64,000 nucleotides of DNA, taken from positions 2,594,342-2,658,341 of the forward strand of contig CAVNZM010000005.1 in NCBI GenBank assembly GCA_963693365.1. The letters are read 5' to 3'. The position numbers were made by a program, and so were the translations under genes. The notes under the pieces are model-generated. The model had not been told where the DNA came from. It was given only the letters and a program-made list of their open reading frames with translations, and made no database searches. The stretch is from Amoebidium appalachense. Its lineage: Eukaryota; Protista; Ichthyosporea. Numbering within the stretch: the first letter of the stretch is position 1; each line of letters opens with the position of its first letter. Shown here piece by piece: positions 50,504 through 64,000 of this stretch.

Positions 50504-51803
50504 GCATTCAGCTCATCACCCACACAACCACCCTCACCCTTCCTCCATTTTCCACTTTCAACCTCTTGCCAGATTTGAACATCTCCTCCTCCTCCTCTTC
50601 CTCCTCCGCCCCCCTCCCCTCCCCCCCCCCCCCCCCCCCCCCCCCTTTCCCCCTGGGCCCCCTTCTCACTCCGCCCTTTCCTTTCGGCTACACAAATATG
50701 TACAAAGCACATTCAGCAACCATTTCATCACATCCCCCCCCCTCCCCTTCCCCGAGGGGTTGGGGTGGGGGGAGGGGGGGAGGGGGGGGGGGGGGGGGGG
50801 GCATATGCAGAATAAACCACGTTTGCACCAGTCTTACGACGAACATCTGACACAACTAGCCTGGCGTTTATGCTAGGTGGCACCATACTACTAACATTGA
50901 TTTGAATTGATTTCCGATATGACAGAGAAGAATACCTGAATCTACCGACATTTTAATTATTGCCTTGAAGCCAGCCGCCCCCTCCCCCCCCCCCCCCCCC
51001 TCCCTCCCCCCATCCCCTCTCCACCCCCCCGCTCACCCCCTCCCCCGACCTGCATCCCCCCCCCCTCCTCCCCCCTCCCCCGCCTCCCAAAAAAAGAACA
51101 AAAACACCTTAACCCCCCTCCCCCCCCCCTCCCCCCCCGTGCCCGCCCCCCAGCCACCCAGGTCCAATGTGGCCCCCAGCCACCCAGGTCCAATGTGGCC
51201 CCCAACCACCTGTATGCCTCCTGTTCTGGGTGTTTTTAATACGGGGGGGGGGGGGGGGGGGGGGGGGGGAGTGGGGGGAGGGGGGGGGGAGGAGGGAGGA
51301 AGGGGAAATGGCGAGCCAGCAGGCAGCCTTGGGTGCAAAGACAGAACCCTAGTGGGTAAATGAAAATTTTGAGGAGGGAAGGGGGGAGGGGGGGGGGGGG
51401 GGGGAAGCGGTGTATGAGGGAAAACAAGAGATAGCGTGACGAATCAAGTTGAAAGATACGGGTGGGGGATATCCGATTGGGAAGAAGCAAAAACTATCAG
51501 AACCTGTACATTCCTGATCTGAGGTGATCGGTATCCGGCCAAGAAGGAATGGATTGTGGACGTGTGTCTGTGGTTGTGTGAGCGGAAGGGGGGGGGGGGG
51601 GGGGAGGGGGGGGGGAGGGAGAAGAAAGGGGGGAAGGGGGGAGGGAGGGGGGTAGGGGGGTAGAGGGGTTCCTTATGCACCAATCATATACAGTATATTA
51701 AGTACAGCCCACACAGGCAGCCTAGCGTGTTACACTTTCTATCTGGCAGTAACCGATATCTGAGTCCACAAACGTCTATCTTTGCATTGGGATCCAGCTT
51801 CCC

Positions 51804-51836
<33 letters not shown>

Positions 51837-52450
51837 CTTCCCGCCCCCAGAAGTCAACCCCTTCCCCCCCTCTCCCCCACCTTCCACATGCACCCCCCCA
51901 CCCCTCCCGCCTCCCCCCCCAGCCACGCCCATCCCCCACCCCAGCTCCCCTCCTCCCCCCACCCCACCACCACTCCAGCACCGATATGACCCCCCAGACA
52001 CCTGTATACCACGGTTGGTCCTCGGGTGTGTCTTATGCACGGGCAATTGTTGGGTACATGTAGATAGAGTGGGCAAAGCCGAAGGGTTTAGCAAGGGGGC
52101 AGGTGTGTGTGTGTGTGTGTGTGTTTTTGGGGGGGAAAGGGGGGGTGGGGGCGGGGAGGGGTGTATGTGTGTGTGTGTGTGCTGGGGGGTGGGGAGGGTG
52201 GAGGGGGTAAATTAAGGGTATATTGGCGAATGAAGGGTGGAGAGTATTGGGGGGAAGGACCGAAATTACCAATACCTGTAGAGTCCACATCTGCGGGGAA
52301 GGGGGGGGGGAGGGGGGGGAGGGGGGGGAGGGGGGGGGGGGGGAGGAGGCGGCTAATAAATAGGACACTCGTTTAGTAACTGCTTTTGAGGCAACCCCAA
52401 GAGTTATGCCGCAGACTACTATAGTAATGGTGCACGGTTTTATTTTTTGG

Positions 52451-52482
<32 letters not shown>

Positions 52483-53115
52483 TACCCCCCAACTCCACCC
52501 CCCTCCACCCCTACCCCAACCCCTTTTTCTCACACAACCACACCCACCCAACGGGAAGCGGTGTCCTACCCACACCCCCACCCGTCCGTAATTGCTGCAT
52601 ACACAGTCACCTGAGAATGGTATCGTCCCCTCCCCCCCCCCCCCCTCCCCCTTCCCCCTCCCCCCCCCCCAACCCCATAACCCCTCCCATCCCACCTCCT
52701 CCCCCCCCCCCCTCAACAGAAACACTGTGGTCTGCACACACACGTACCCTGTCATGATGTGACCCAACCTTCACTGCAGTGGTGGGGATCAGAACATTTG
52801 GACGAGGGAGAAGCCGGGGGGGAAGGGGGGAGAGGGGGAATGTACTACCTTGAATACCTATGAAGTGCACATTCTTGAATGAATCAAAAACACCTATGAA
52901 TCACTTCTAAATTCCTATCGCAATCACTGTCTTTATTTCAACGGCTGCAGGGCCTTCATTCCTTTGTATCAAAGGGCCTTCACGTGGCCTGTACATCAAC
53001 CCAGCACCGAACACCGTTCTCAAATGTGCTGTAGGAAAACATCAAATTCAAACACTGCCCTACCGAGGAACTCGAATTCATGCCATCAGAAAGGAAATAA
53101 AGATTCAGGTTGTAA

Positions 53116-53153
<38 letters not shown>

Positions 53154-53554
53154 GCCCCCTTCCCGGCGCTCCCCAAGCCACACACACACACACCGGCACA
53201 CACACACACACACGCTTAAGCATGGGGGGGAAATCGAAGGAAATTCAAGGATTCAAAACAAGGGCACCTGGGATATCTCTCGTCAACGAACCATATTTTC
53301 CATAGTACATGCACCCAAAACCGTGAGGCTGCTCATTCTACTAATTAGATAAGGTTATGATACCCAAAAAAAAAAAAAAAAAAAAAAAAAAAAGAAGAAG
53401 AAGAAGAAGGGAAAGAAAAAAGGAATACTCAGTCATCAAATATCTCAAAGTTTTCTCAGTAGAATTCTGCTTAACCAATCACGGTAAGCATGCTCCAACC
53501 ACCAACGTTCCGAAGTCCCAAGCGATGAAGTTTAACAGCCCATCCACAAGTGTC

Positions 53555-54476
53555 TCAGTTGCTGTTCACAGCGTTCCACGGCCGCCACACCCACGACCCT
53601 TTCCTATTCCCCAAAGGGGAGAAGTACTGTTGGATCCTCGCTTTGTCAGAATGCAGCGTACCAGGTGCAGATTGAGGCATCCAATCCGAGGCACTCGTTT
53701 CCGACTCATTGCTAGAAGGATCTCCCGGTGTTGATTGGTGCATATCCATATCATGTGGCATGCTTTTCTCGTAGTGATATGGCTTTGCGTTCTGCTTTGG
53801 GGATGCGTCAGGGAAGTAGCTGGCTAGTTGGTCAAGTGATGAGGACATGGGGTTGCGTCGGTAGAACGGCCCGAGGGAGTTGAGCCTATTTTGGTAATGC
53901 CGCGGGCTGGACATTCCCATGTCGCGGTATTCCCCCTTAACCTGCAGCGAAGTACGACGTGATATTGGCATAGGTGCAGTGCTGGGGACCCCCTGCATAG
54001 ACTGGGGTGGAGGATAAACAAATGTGATAGAGGGTTGGTAGCTCCTATAGCCCATGTTGCTGTCAATAGAGTGTTGGCGCGAAGGCATTGCATGTACCGG
54101 TATTGCGCGTGGTGTGCTCAGATCTTCGACCACCGTTTCATTATCCACGTCCATATCGTTGCTATCTGTCTCGTATGCATCGTCTGCGTCGCTCGTGTCT
54201 CCCCTCTCGGCCGGGTGCACGTATGGGTCCACCTGTGCCTTCCACAGTGCAGCCACGTATTTGGCCGTGTGTAGGTTCAGCTCTTTGCGCACGTGCTGTG
54301 TCCTGCGGCCAATCAAATGTCAGCACGTGCACGTGTGAGACGAGTTGGCAAGAAATATTTTGTTTTGTGATTGATGCTCACGGCCATTGTGGGCTTTGTG
54401 TGCGCTCAGTGTGACGTGTGTGTGTGCGTGTGTGCGTGTGCGTGTGGGTGTGGGTGTGCGTGTGGGTGTGCGTGTG

Positions 54477-54520
<44 letters not shown>

Positions 54521-55419
54521 TGTTTGGTGTGTAGAGGGGAACCCTGCCAACAGCTAGGGTATATACATTCACCATAAGAGAAGAGTGGCGTGGATGGTGG
54601 TGGGTGGGAGTGGGTTGGAGCTTGTGCCAATGTGTGGGGTTTAGGGTAAACCCTAACCCTAGTGTTAAGTAATGTGTCGAAGTGGTAACTTAGTCGTAGT
54701 TGGGCAGTGGTGGTGATGGTGGTGGCGGTGGGTTGGTGAGCGGAGTACGGAAGGAGGGGGGTTTGGAGGGGGGAAGGGTCTATGTTAATGTGGCCCACAT
54801 GGATTTTCCCGTATGAATGTGCTGACAAGATAAACATGGTCTCTGGACCTCACAGTATTGTGTGCGTTTGTGTGCTACATCCCCCCCTACCCCTCCTTTT
54901 TTTGGTGCTTGTGCGACTTCTTGTTCGCAAGCCTTAGGGTACATCTCAGATTTATTTGTCTTGTGGTAGTGTAATTTTGGAAGCCTTGTGCTGATAGTAA
55001 TCATGTGAGAGTGCACAGAAATGATTAGAATAGAGGCATAGTGGGGCCGGGCTACGGCATGTGCATGCACATTTGTTTGCCCGTACTTGTGTAGTAGACT
55101 GAGGCATAGATAACATGATGGATCTCTTATGTAGATGAATCATGCATATAGCCTAAAAAGGCTTTATTTTTAACGGCCTCAGGATATTAAGTGCACCAGA
55201 TGAAGCAGCCTGTTTGTGTCTGCAGTGTGCGTGCTTCGAATTCGATATGGCATGTATGCAGAATATGCTCACCAGTTGGCCGTGCTGTGTGTATGCCTGG
55301 GATCTCCGTTAGAATTTAAGAGTGTGAGTGTAGAAAGTAAGAAGCTGCAACTGTTGTAGGGAATTTGTGCACGGCGAGGAAAGCGGCATGAAATTACATG
55401 TGTCTCTGTGTGTGTGTGC

Positions 55420-55495
<76 letters not shown>

Positions 55496-55979
55496 CGCGC
55501 CCGTGCGTGTTTGTGTGTGTGTGTGCAACGGTATGTGTGTGTGCACGTGTGTGTGTGTGATCATGGGCATCTCGACAGGCACAAACGAAAAGTGCATGTC
55601 GATATCTTGTGAGTGCAGTTATTGGAGGCAGAATGTTATCAGAGTACTTATCAACCGTTAAAAATTTCACGACATGCATGTGCACAGCTGATGCACATTT
55701 GGCTTCAAGTTGTCACCACTTTTATCTGGGTGGTATGATGCCGGCATGATGTGTGGCATGCAGACGTGCACGTGGTCGAAGTATTTCGACCTAGAGGCCT
55801 CGTTGTCACGTGTGCCTGATTAGTAATTTGGTTTAAAAAACATGGATTTGCTTGAATCGTCCCCTAATAATATTCCTTAAGCATAACAAAAGCACTCACC
55901 ACACGTGACGCTCAATGTTGTTGCGTTTGCTCCTTCCCCTGACACATCCTGGGTACGTGCAGAGAAATTGTGTCCTCAT
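53555..55979 (-). CDS. Putative transcription factor with one N-terminal C2H2 zinc finger and a near-terminal WRPW motif, about 275 aa
   Basis: Exon 55979-55900 (TG|gtgagt) joins exon 54302-53555 in phase to give FLCTYPGCVRGRSKRNNIERHVWTQH. A disordered S/P-rich region follows, ending SWVWRPWNAVNSN. The start codon is uncertain. Confidence 0.75.
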
Positions 55980-57698
55980 GGTGTTGCATTAGTAGACGTA
56001 GTCCTGTTTCCCCTGATAGATTTTCTCGTATATATATCTGCCTGGTTGCTTTCGGGTGGCTTGCAGCAACAGGTGAATGGGTTACTAAACTGCAGCACAA
56101 ACAGTGAACGGAGGCAAACTCGTTCTGCACGTTGCTAAAAAATAGCCCAGCAAATTTACAAGTAAATGTAATCTTTTAGAAGAGTCTCATCAGCAGACTC
56201 CCGTACAATCACATACTACGTGCACACATATTGTACTCGTGTGTTAACTGGATACATGCATCGATATCATGTGCATGTCATTGACCAGGACACGTGTGTC
56301 CTGTTCCATTCAACATACTTTATCTGGATGTGGATCTCTGCAGCTGCAGCTCACGTGTATTGCAGTGGAAAATGAACAGGGATTTTTCATGCTATTATTT
56401 ATGCCTGTACAATATTTCGGTGAAAAAGCTGAGCGTATGTAGTAGTAGGTTTCACGTGTTTGTTGTTTCTTTTAAAAAACGAACTTGTTAACACTGCTGT
56501 GCATTGGACGCCCATACATTCACGTGCGTGTGTGCTTGAGGGTCCGACCAGGCTAGGCCTAGGGGATCGTAAACTTTCAAAGTTTTTCAATAATCTGAGA
56601 GTGCAACGTGTACCCGTCACTTGTGTATGCATGAGCCTGGCCGGGAATACACAAACACACTAGTAAACACACGTTGGTTAGAGCGTATGTGCCTGGCAGC
56701 CTGCGGTCAGAATGCGAGCGCAACTATTGGCTGGGTACGTGACCACAACGCGTCGGCTTACAAAAGAATTGCAGGAGCGAGTTGATTTGCCCTTTGGAGC
56801 AAAGTTCGAGGCGAGTGCTCTTTGCCCCTTTCTGAGCCTAAGCGGACTTTGGAAACGAGGCTGATGTAAAATGTATATATCGTTCGTCAAACAAATTTAT
56901 ATACAACAAAGTGTTTAAAATGCCTATTAATTTATTTAAAATCACGAACCAAAGTATCATCACCTGCCTGAAACAGATTGAAGCTATTTGGATTGGCTGC
57001 ATGTAGTAATTACGGCTTTTCGCGGCAAGATCCTAAGCCAATTGGCAATCAATCTGTCACAGCCAGATTCACGCTGCATGAAAATGAATCGATTGGTGGC
57101 TTTCTCATAGGCTACAGGAGGATCGCAGCCTGGCTTGGTTTGCTTAGGTTGTGTTTGATTCAAAAAAGATCCTGAGCAGCTCAACATATTTGATATAAGA
57201 CAAATTTAATAATATATACAGTTTTTGTGCGCATTTGAGAAAAATTTCTATTCAACACCAACTCATGATGGCGCTAAAATAGGCTGCTCTACCACCTCTA
57301 CTGTAGATTCTCTAGAAAGTCTTTGGCCACATATGATTGGTTGTATGTCATTTAGGCTATTTGCTGAGATGGGTGCGGCTACCTGTTGCGTAACATCATC
57401 TACAAAAAACGAAGGCTTGGAAGCCTTGGAACGAAAAAGCCCCAAGTGACTCGGCCAACTTCAAGCCAGGTTGGCTTATCCCTGACCTTGGAAATGCTTA
57501 TATATTCTTTTCAATACCCCCAGCATGCGCACCACCGGGCTCTTCAAGTGCATTCAGCTGCATGCATAATGGCAACAGTATCTATAATAAAACACACACA
57601 AAAAGTAGGAATATCGCAATCTCAAAAAAAATTGTATGGACCAATAATTTTCGTGCGATCGCACGATTAGCCAAATAGGAATTTGGGCGGGAAGTTTT

Positions 57699-57733
<35 letters not shown>

Positions 57734-58544
57734 TCCAAGAAAAAAAAAACGAAAAAAAAAAAAAAGAAAGTTTTTGTAAAACATTAAAAAAAAAAAAAGA
57801 ATATTGACTTGCCTAGTACATAGCACCCCACAGCGCAGAATTCTCAAGGCACACGTGGAGATGCACATGCATAATAACACCCAGTGCATGCAGCATAGAA
57901 AGGACTTATTCTACACTGTCATACATCAAACAGTCTAGTACTGTGTACACCATTCATTTTTTTTTGATAATATTGAACTTCACCAACAACAGAAATTCGT
58001 ACTATCTATGCTTAACATTCTTATATTTTTCTAGCGTCATCTTGTCAATGACATGTGTAAAGATAAACTATCAGCTTAGTCTGACACACACCGGTACCAT
58101 ATGTGTATATTAATGTGTGGCATGATACATAATACATGCATATGATTCCTGATGATGATTCGGAAATTTTTCTCTGTTCTTCCCCCCCAAAAAGGCAGTT
58201 GTTTGATCCTATTGAAAGGTGGTACATATTGTACACATATCTTGTTTTAGGTCACCGGGACTACGACTAGTACGACTCATGGCCCTAATAGTATATGCAC
58301 ATTCTCAGCTTACCGCGGCTAACGAAGACACGGAGCCACAAAGTCTCTCCAGTCTCATATCACAAGCAAGTGTTCTTTTACACGCACGTTTCTTACTATA
58401 TTTATGTGGGATAAGGGTAGCACGTACGTGTTCTCCAAAGTTGAACGTACATGGGTAAGACCGTGTGCATGCACACACACGTGTGTATCATGCAGGGGAG
58501 GAGGAAAGGGTGGATGGCCATATATGCATATTATGTGGGGTGGT

Positions 58545-58599
<55 letters not shown>

Positions 58600-58640
58600 C
58601 GAGTGAGTGAGCGCGCGAGCGAGCGAGCGAGTGAGTGAAT

Positions 58641-58806
<166 letters not shown>

Positions 58807-58831
58807 AAAACAGAAGAATCCACATTGATGG

Positions 58832-59236
58832 TCAAGCCTGGACGGAGACTCTGTGGTTTGGGCGCAGGTGACGGCGCATAAACTGTTGGATTTTCGCTGC
58901 TGCCTGCTGCCGGCGACGTGCAGCCTGATGCCGGCGAAACCTGTGTGTGTTGTGTGCGCGTTATGGCATGTGCACTTGGTCATTAAGTTTACCAACGGTG
59001 TCCAGACCAGCATCAACATACAATACATTTTTGTCGGGCATGAACTACCTGTGAAACCACCCAGACACCACATTGTGGGTCCGTGCACTCGCCAAAAAAC
59101 ATAAGGACATTTCAGGCTATATCATATGGGACAAACCAAGCAAAAAGAATCTAAATTCAGGGCGTATAGAGTTCTTTTTTTTCTGTCGTTCCTTGCACCA
59201 TCCAAGTAACCACATAGACCTAGTGCAAAAATGAAG

Positions 59237-59332
<96 letters not shown>

Positions 59333-59816
59333 GGGCAGGGGTTGTGGTGGGGGATGGGTGATGGGGGGTTTTTAGAAGGGTCAGCCAAAGCGGTTGGAAA
59401 TTTGAACAACAAAAGCTGAAAGAAACGGTGTAGGCAAGATATGAAACACAGAGAAGGGAACGAGTTGGGAGGCGGTGGAGAGCACGGCGGGCCGGGGGAG
59501 AGGGGGGGGGGGGGGGGGGGTGTAGAGAAAGAGCGTGTACACACGGCGTGTGCGCATGGAGTTTTGTGGATACGAAGTGAACGTGGATACCCGATGGCAA
59601 AGAGAGAGCGCAGGCAGGCCTCTACCTGCTGGGCAGGAAAGAAGGGGGAGAGACGTTTTTGGGGGGTTGGGAGAGAGGGGGGGGGGGGGGGGGAGAGGGG
59701 GGGGGGGGGGAGGGTGGTTCCAGCGAGAGGTAGTGTGCAACTGAGACTCGGGGGTGATTGTGTGTGTGTTTGAGTGCGTGTCTGTGTGCGCGTAGTCTGC
59801 ATCTGCCTGCAAAACA

Positions 59817-59889
<73 letters not shown>

Positions 59890-60194
59890 GTGTATGCGTG
59901 CCTGTATGTGAACATCTGTGTAGAACACCACAGTGCATGTGCGACCCACACACCTGTACAGGCACTGTATGAGTGCTGCCGCCTGCCTGGTCCGCCTGTA
60001 GCTGCTGGCCACCCTCCATTGCCTAAAATGGGCTTGGATTAAAGTGGCGGCTTTGCCCTGTCTCTTTAACTCGACCTGTCGCCTTAGAGTCTGCACAATC
60101 CGCTGCGCCGCCCACCGTTGGCGTACGACTGTGCAAAAAAGTGAAAAATGCCGGAGGGTGAGAATTGGGATGAAGGGGTGGAAGAAAGAAAGCG

Positions 60195-60274
<80 letters not shown>

Positions 60275-60421
60275 CGCATGCGTGTGTGTGTGCGCACGTG
60301 TATGTGTTTGTGTGTGTGTCTGGGTGGGTGATGTGCAGTATGCTTGAGATGAAGGCACAAGGAGTTTATATCAGGCAAAAGGGTAGCAGGATATTCCCCC
60401 GGGGGGGAGGGGGGGGGCGCG

Positions 60422-60457
<36 letters not shown>

Positions 60458-60830
60458 GGAAATAGATAGGGAAAGAAGAGATGCCCACGAGCAACGTCCC
60501 TTAACAACAAACATCCCTTTCTTGGCCCACATTATCCACCGATTGCCAACACCCACACATACACACATGCCAAAACTCCCTTACTCCACCAACCTACCCA
60601 CCAACCCAATCACAACACATTCTCTTCTTCTTGATGATTGGAAAACCACGGGAAGACGTGATGCAAACACACCTTCATGGTGACTGGTGTGGTCTCTGAC
60701 CGTCAGACTCTGAACTTCACTGACGAGAGACTCGGGGGAGGGGGTGGTGGCGGAGGGGGCAACTAGTGGGTGCAGGGGAGCAAAGGCATCACCTGTGAAT
60801 GAGTGAGTGAGTGAGTGAGTGAGTGAGTGA

Positions 60831-60918
<88 letters not shown>

Positions 60919-61414
60919 GTGTGTGTGTGTTTGTGCGTGTGTGTGTGTGTGGTCATATGCATGCAACTGTGCTTGTGGTGCGCGTGTGCGCACATGTAGT
61001 TTTTTTTTTTGAAACAAGGAGAGAGGGGAGGGTGGGGAGGGGGAGGGAATGGGGGTTAGAAAAAGCAAAAACAGAGTGTCCAGGTGTGGGTGTTTCTTTT
61101 CGGTGAAAAGGGAGGGGGGAGGGGAGGGGGGCAGCGGGGGAGGGGAAGCGAGCGAGCGAGCGAGCGAGCGCGCGAGCGAGACTCTTTGATGCGAAGATGA
61201 GTTAGAAAAACTTCACAGATGCACCTTTGCCAGTCCCTGCGAACTAAAAACGATCACTCCTGTTAATGTTCCTTTAGCCCTCCCTGCAGCTCTCCTTTAG
61301 AATGCAGCATGGGTTTATGTAGGTGCTTGCATGTGTAGGCCTACCGGAGAGATTGTGTGTGTGGGGGGAATGGCGGAGGGACAGAGGGAGTTGTAGGTGT
61401 ATGTGTATGTGTGT

Positions 61415-61445
<31 letters not shown>

Positions 61446-61981
61446 GCTTTGCACCTGCAGCAGCTAGTGATGCAGCCAGTGCCAATACATGGGGCAGTGC
61501 TTCGACCAATCCCATGGCCCTGGCTAGCTCGGCCACACCGAACACCCCCCCACCAGACATTGGCCCATGCCCCTGTGTGGTTGGAAGGTGCCTGGGTGGT
61601 GGGTAGGTGCAGGTGAGGGCAGATGCAACTACTGACACCACGACTGAAAGCTGCTGGCACACTCTGAGGATAGACGTGCATGTAAGTGTGCAGGAATGCG
61701 TGTGCTTTGATATCCCTCCCCTCCCTTACCCTTTAGCAGCCAGATTCTCCCCCTCCCGCGTTCAACAACAACTACCATACCTACACAAAACGTGTTTCAT
61801 AACCATTCAAATGGTGCTGCTTTACCAAAACTTTTCGTTTTTACCCCCCCCCCCCCTCCCCCCCCCTCCCCCACATACACAACCAAAAAAAAACAAACAA
61901 GAAAAGAACCAAACAACAATAACAATGCGACCATAAATTACACACATGTATTCAGATTCGCCTTTTCAGAGACATCCCCCC

Positions 61982-62022
<41 letters not shown>

Positions 62023-62331
62023 CTCCTTCCCCAAACACATACACACACACCCTCCACCCACCTCCACCCACACTGCAATCAGGCCCCGTTCTTCACCACT
62101 ACAAAATATGCCCGAGGAGTGAAAATTATTACAAGTCCACACACTAGGAGTGTATCAACAAACACATTAGGTATTAAGAGTGCAAGCAACTAACCTAGCC
62201 AAAACACGCTAGGAGATCAACAACTAACAAACTACACACTAAGGACATAAAAACAATACTGGTGGAAGAGTTTGGCCGACGGAGGTGAGACATTGTTGCA
62301 GTGTGCATGTGGTTGTATAGTGTGTGGACGG

Positions 62332-62364
<33 letters not shown>

Positions 62365-62845
62365 GGGGGGGGGGGGGAGGGGAAAGCAGTGTTGGACGTT
62401 ATTGGTGGTGGTGGTGTGTGTGAGCGTGTGTGTGTTCGGGGGGGGGGGGGGGGGGGGGGGGAGGGGGGGGGGAGGGAGGGGGTGGAGGGGGGGTATAGCA
62501 CTCACCTGACCAACCACGCCGCCATTGCAGCCTGCCTTCCACTCCGACCTCCCGCCCCACCACCACCCGCCGATACCCCACCACCCGTTCCTTGCATACC
62601 ACCTCCACTCCCACCACTTCCCATCCGTGAAAATTGTACATTGGACCCCCCTGGACCCCCTCCCGTGCCCCCATTGTTGTCATGGTGGAAATTTGGGGGT
62701 GGTGGGAGGGCGCAGTTTGGGGGTGGAAGGGCCTGGAACATGCTGTGGACGGCTTGCTCGAGTTGGGCCATGCGGGTGAGTAGCTGCCATTCCAGGGTGG
62801 GCCCTGTGTTTGTGTGTGTGTGTGTGTGTGTACGTGTGTGTGTGT

Positions 62846-62896
<51 letters not shown>

Positions 62897-63361
62897 GGAG
62901 GAAAGGGTGAGAAGGAGGGGGAAGGTGGGGGTGGGTGGGGGTGAAGGGATAGAGTGGTGGGAAGGAGAAAGAAAATTCAAAAAAATTACGGAAGGAGGAA
63001 GATATGTTAGGTCCGGTCCTTGCAGAAAGTAAGAAATAAATGTGAATGTCAGGTTCATGGACACACATTCATGCATTTGTGCATACAGGTGTGCCAACAC
63101 ATTATTAGCCTAGTGCCCAACACAAACCCACAACCAACACAAACACATGCACCTGCATGAACAGGCAAAAGGGATGTGTACCCACCTGCATGTGTAGGGT
63201 GTGGGTCGGTGAACACAAACATAGCCACCGTGGAGATGGGCTGCCCGTCACAATACACCTGAAGGGGTGCCTGCCCTGGAGGATGGGCTGCGGCGGAAAG
63301 GGGTGTGAGGGGGTAGAAAAGAACAAGGGTAGAGCTGGGTAATTGGGGGGCGCAGGGGGCA

Positions 63362-63398
<37 letters not shown>

Positions 63399-63764
63399 AG
63401 GAGGGGGATGCACGGGTGGGGGATGGAAGATGGTGGAACACGGAGAGGGCACGTGGATCTGTGGGTGGAGGGATGGACATGGAGGAAGGAGGAAGAGAAG
63501 TGTGTGTTTGAAGCAGGTTTGGTGACAAGTGGAATAGGTGGGGATGAAAAGGGTGTGTGGAGTGTGTTGGGGTGCAAGGATGCTGAATGTTTAACCCTGG
63601 TGAGATTGTGATAGGGCTGGCTCATTTAAGGGGAAAGGGCGGGTCCAAGGGTGAGTATTTAAGGGGTGCCCAGGGGGAGGGGGGAGGGGAGGGGTGGTGG
63701 CTGAGAAAGCCGGACGTACACATGTAAGATTATGAGTTGAAGGGAAGAAAAGCAAAAACAAAAG

Positions 63765-63808
<44 letters not shown>

Positions 63809-64000
63809 AAAAAAAAAAAAAAAAAGCACCACTCCAGGCGCTTATGGCAATCCACATGTGAAACCGTACATACACATCCACACCCATGCAGACCCACTGG
63901 TACACACGTACGCCCACACATGCACGCCCACACCCATGGCCCAGCCACACACCTGGGCAGTAGCATCTCAGAACACCCGGCTGCACAAGTGTTGCAGGCA
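58832..64000 (-). CDS. CAMTA: Calmodulin-binding transcription activator, 3' part (IPT/TIG domain and IQ motifs); 5' end is outside the window
   Basis: Exons >64000-63953, 63287-63186, 62803-62506, 61663-61455, 60792-60673, 60128-59954 and 58940-58832, with consistent phases. TIG: [17 protein letters not shown]...LQVYCDG. IQ motifs: [37 protein letters not shown]. Confidence 0.88.

Noticed and set aside
54641-54662. Head-to-head telomeric motif TTAGGG-TAAA-CCCTAACCCTA
   Set aside because: Only 1-2 units per side inside an intron, too short to call a fusion scar.

Overview
This is intron-rich eukaryotic DNA, most likely from a unicellular holozoan. An ichthyosporean is my inference from a full TEAD gene, a CAMTA gene and the intron style. 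The window is saturated with G/C homopolymers and (CA)n/(GT)n microsatellites, so most ORFs in the supplied track are spurious. Host genes reconstructed by splicing are TEAD (641-6287, -), TRAP-beta/SSR2 (33616-40362, -), a single-C2H2 protein with a WRPW motif (53555-55979, -), the 3' part of CAMTA (58832->64000, -), a decayed PAN/Apple-like secreted gene and a Cys-rich secreted gene. From 7.6 to 33.5 kb lies a nest of mobile elements. An APE-RT non-LTR retrotransposon splits a tRNA-like gene in its variable loop and ends in -AAACCCC rather than a poly(A) tail. Directly behind that tRNA is an intron-containing Dada-like DDE transposon carrying a DEDDy exonuclease. A near-intact Ngaro-type tyrosine-recombinase retrotransposon is flanked by an unexpected 42-bp duplication. 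A short retroposon family sits in poly-G tracts in all seven copies and has a covarying RNA stem. Several MITEs are also present. Five otherwise intact ORFs each carry a single-base frameshift in a homopolymer, probably from assembly error.
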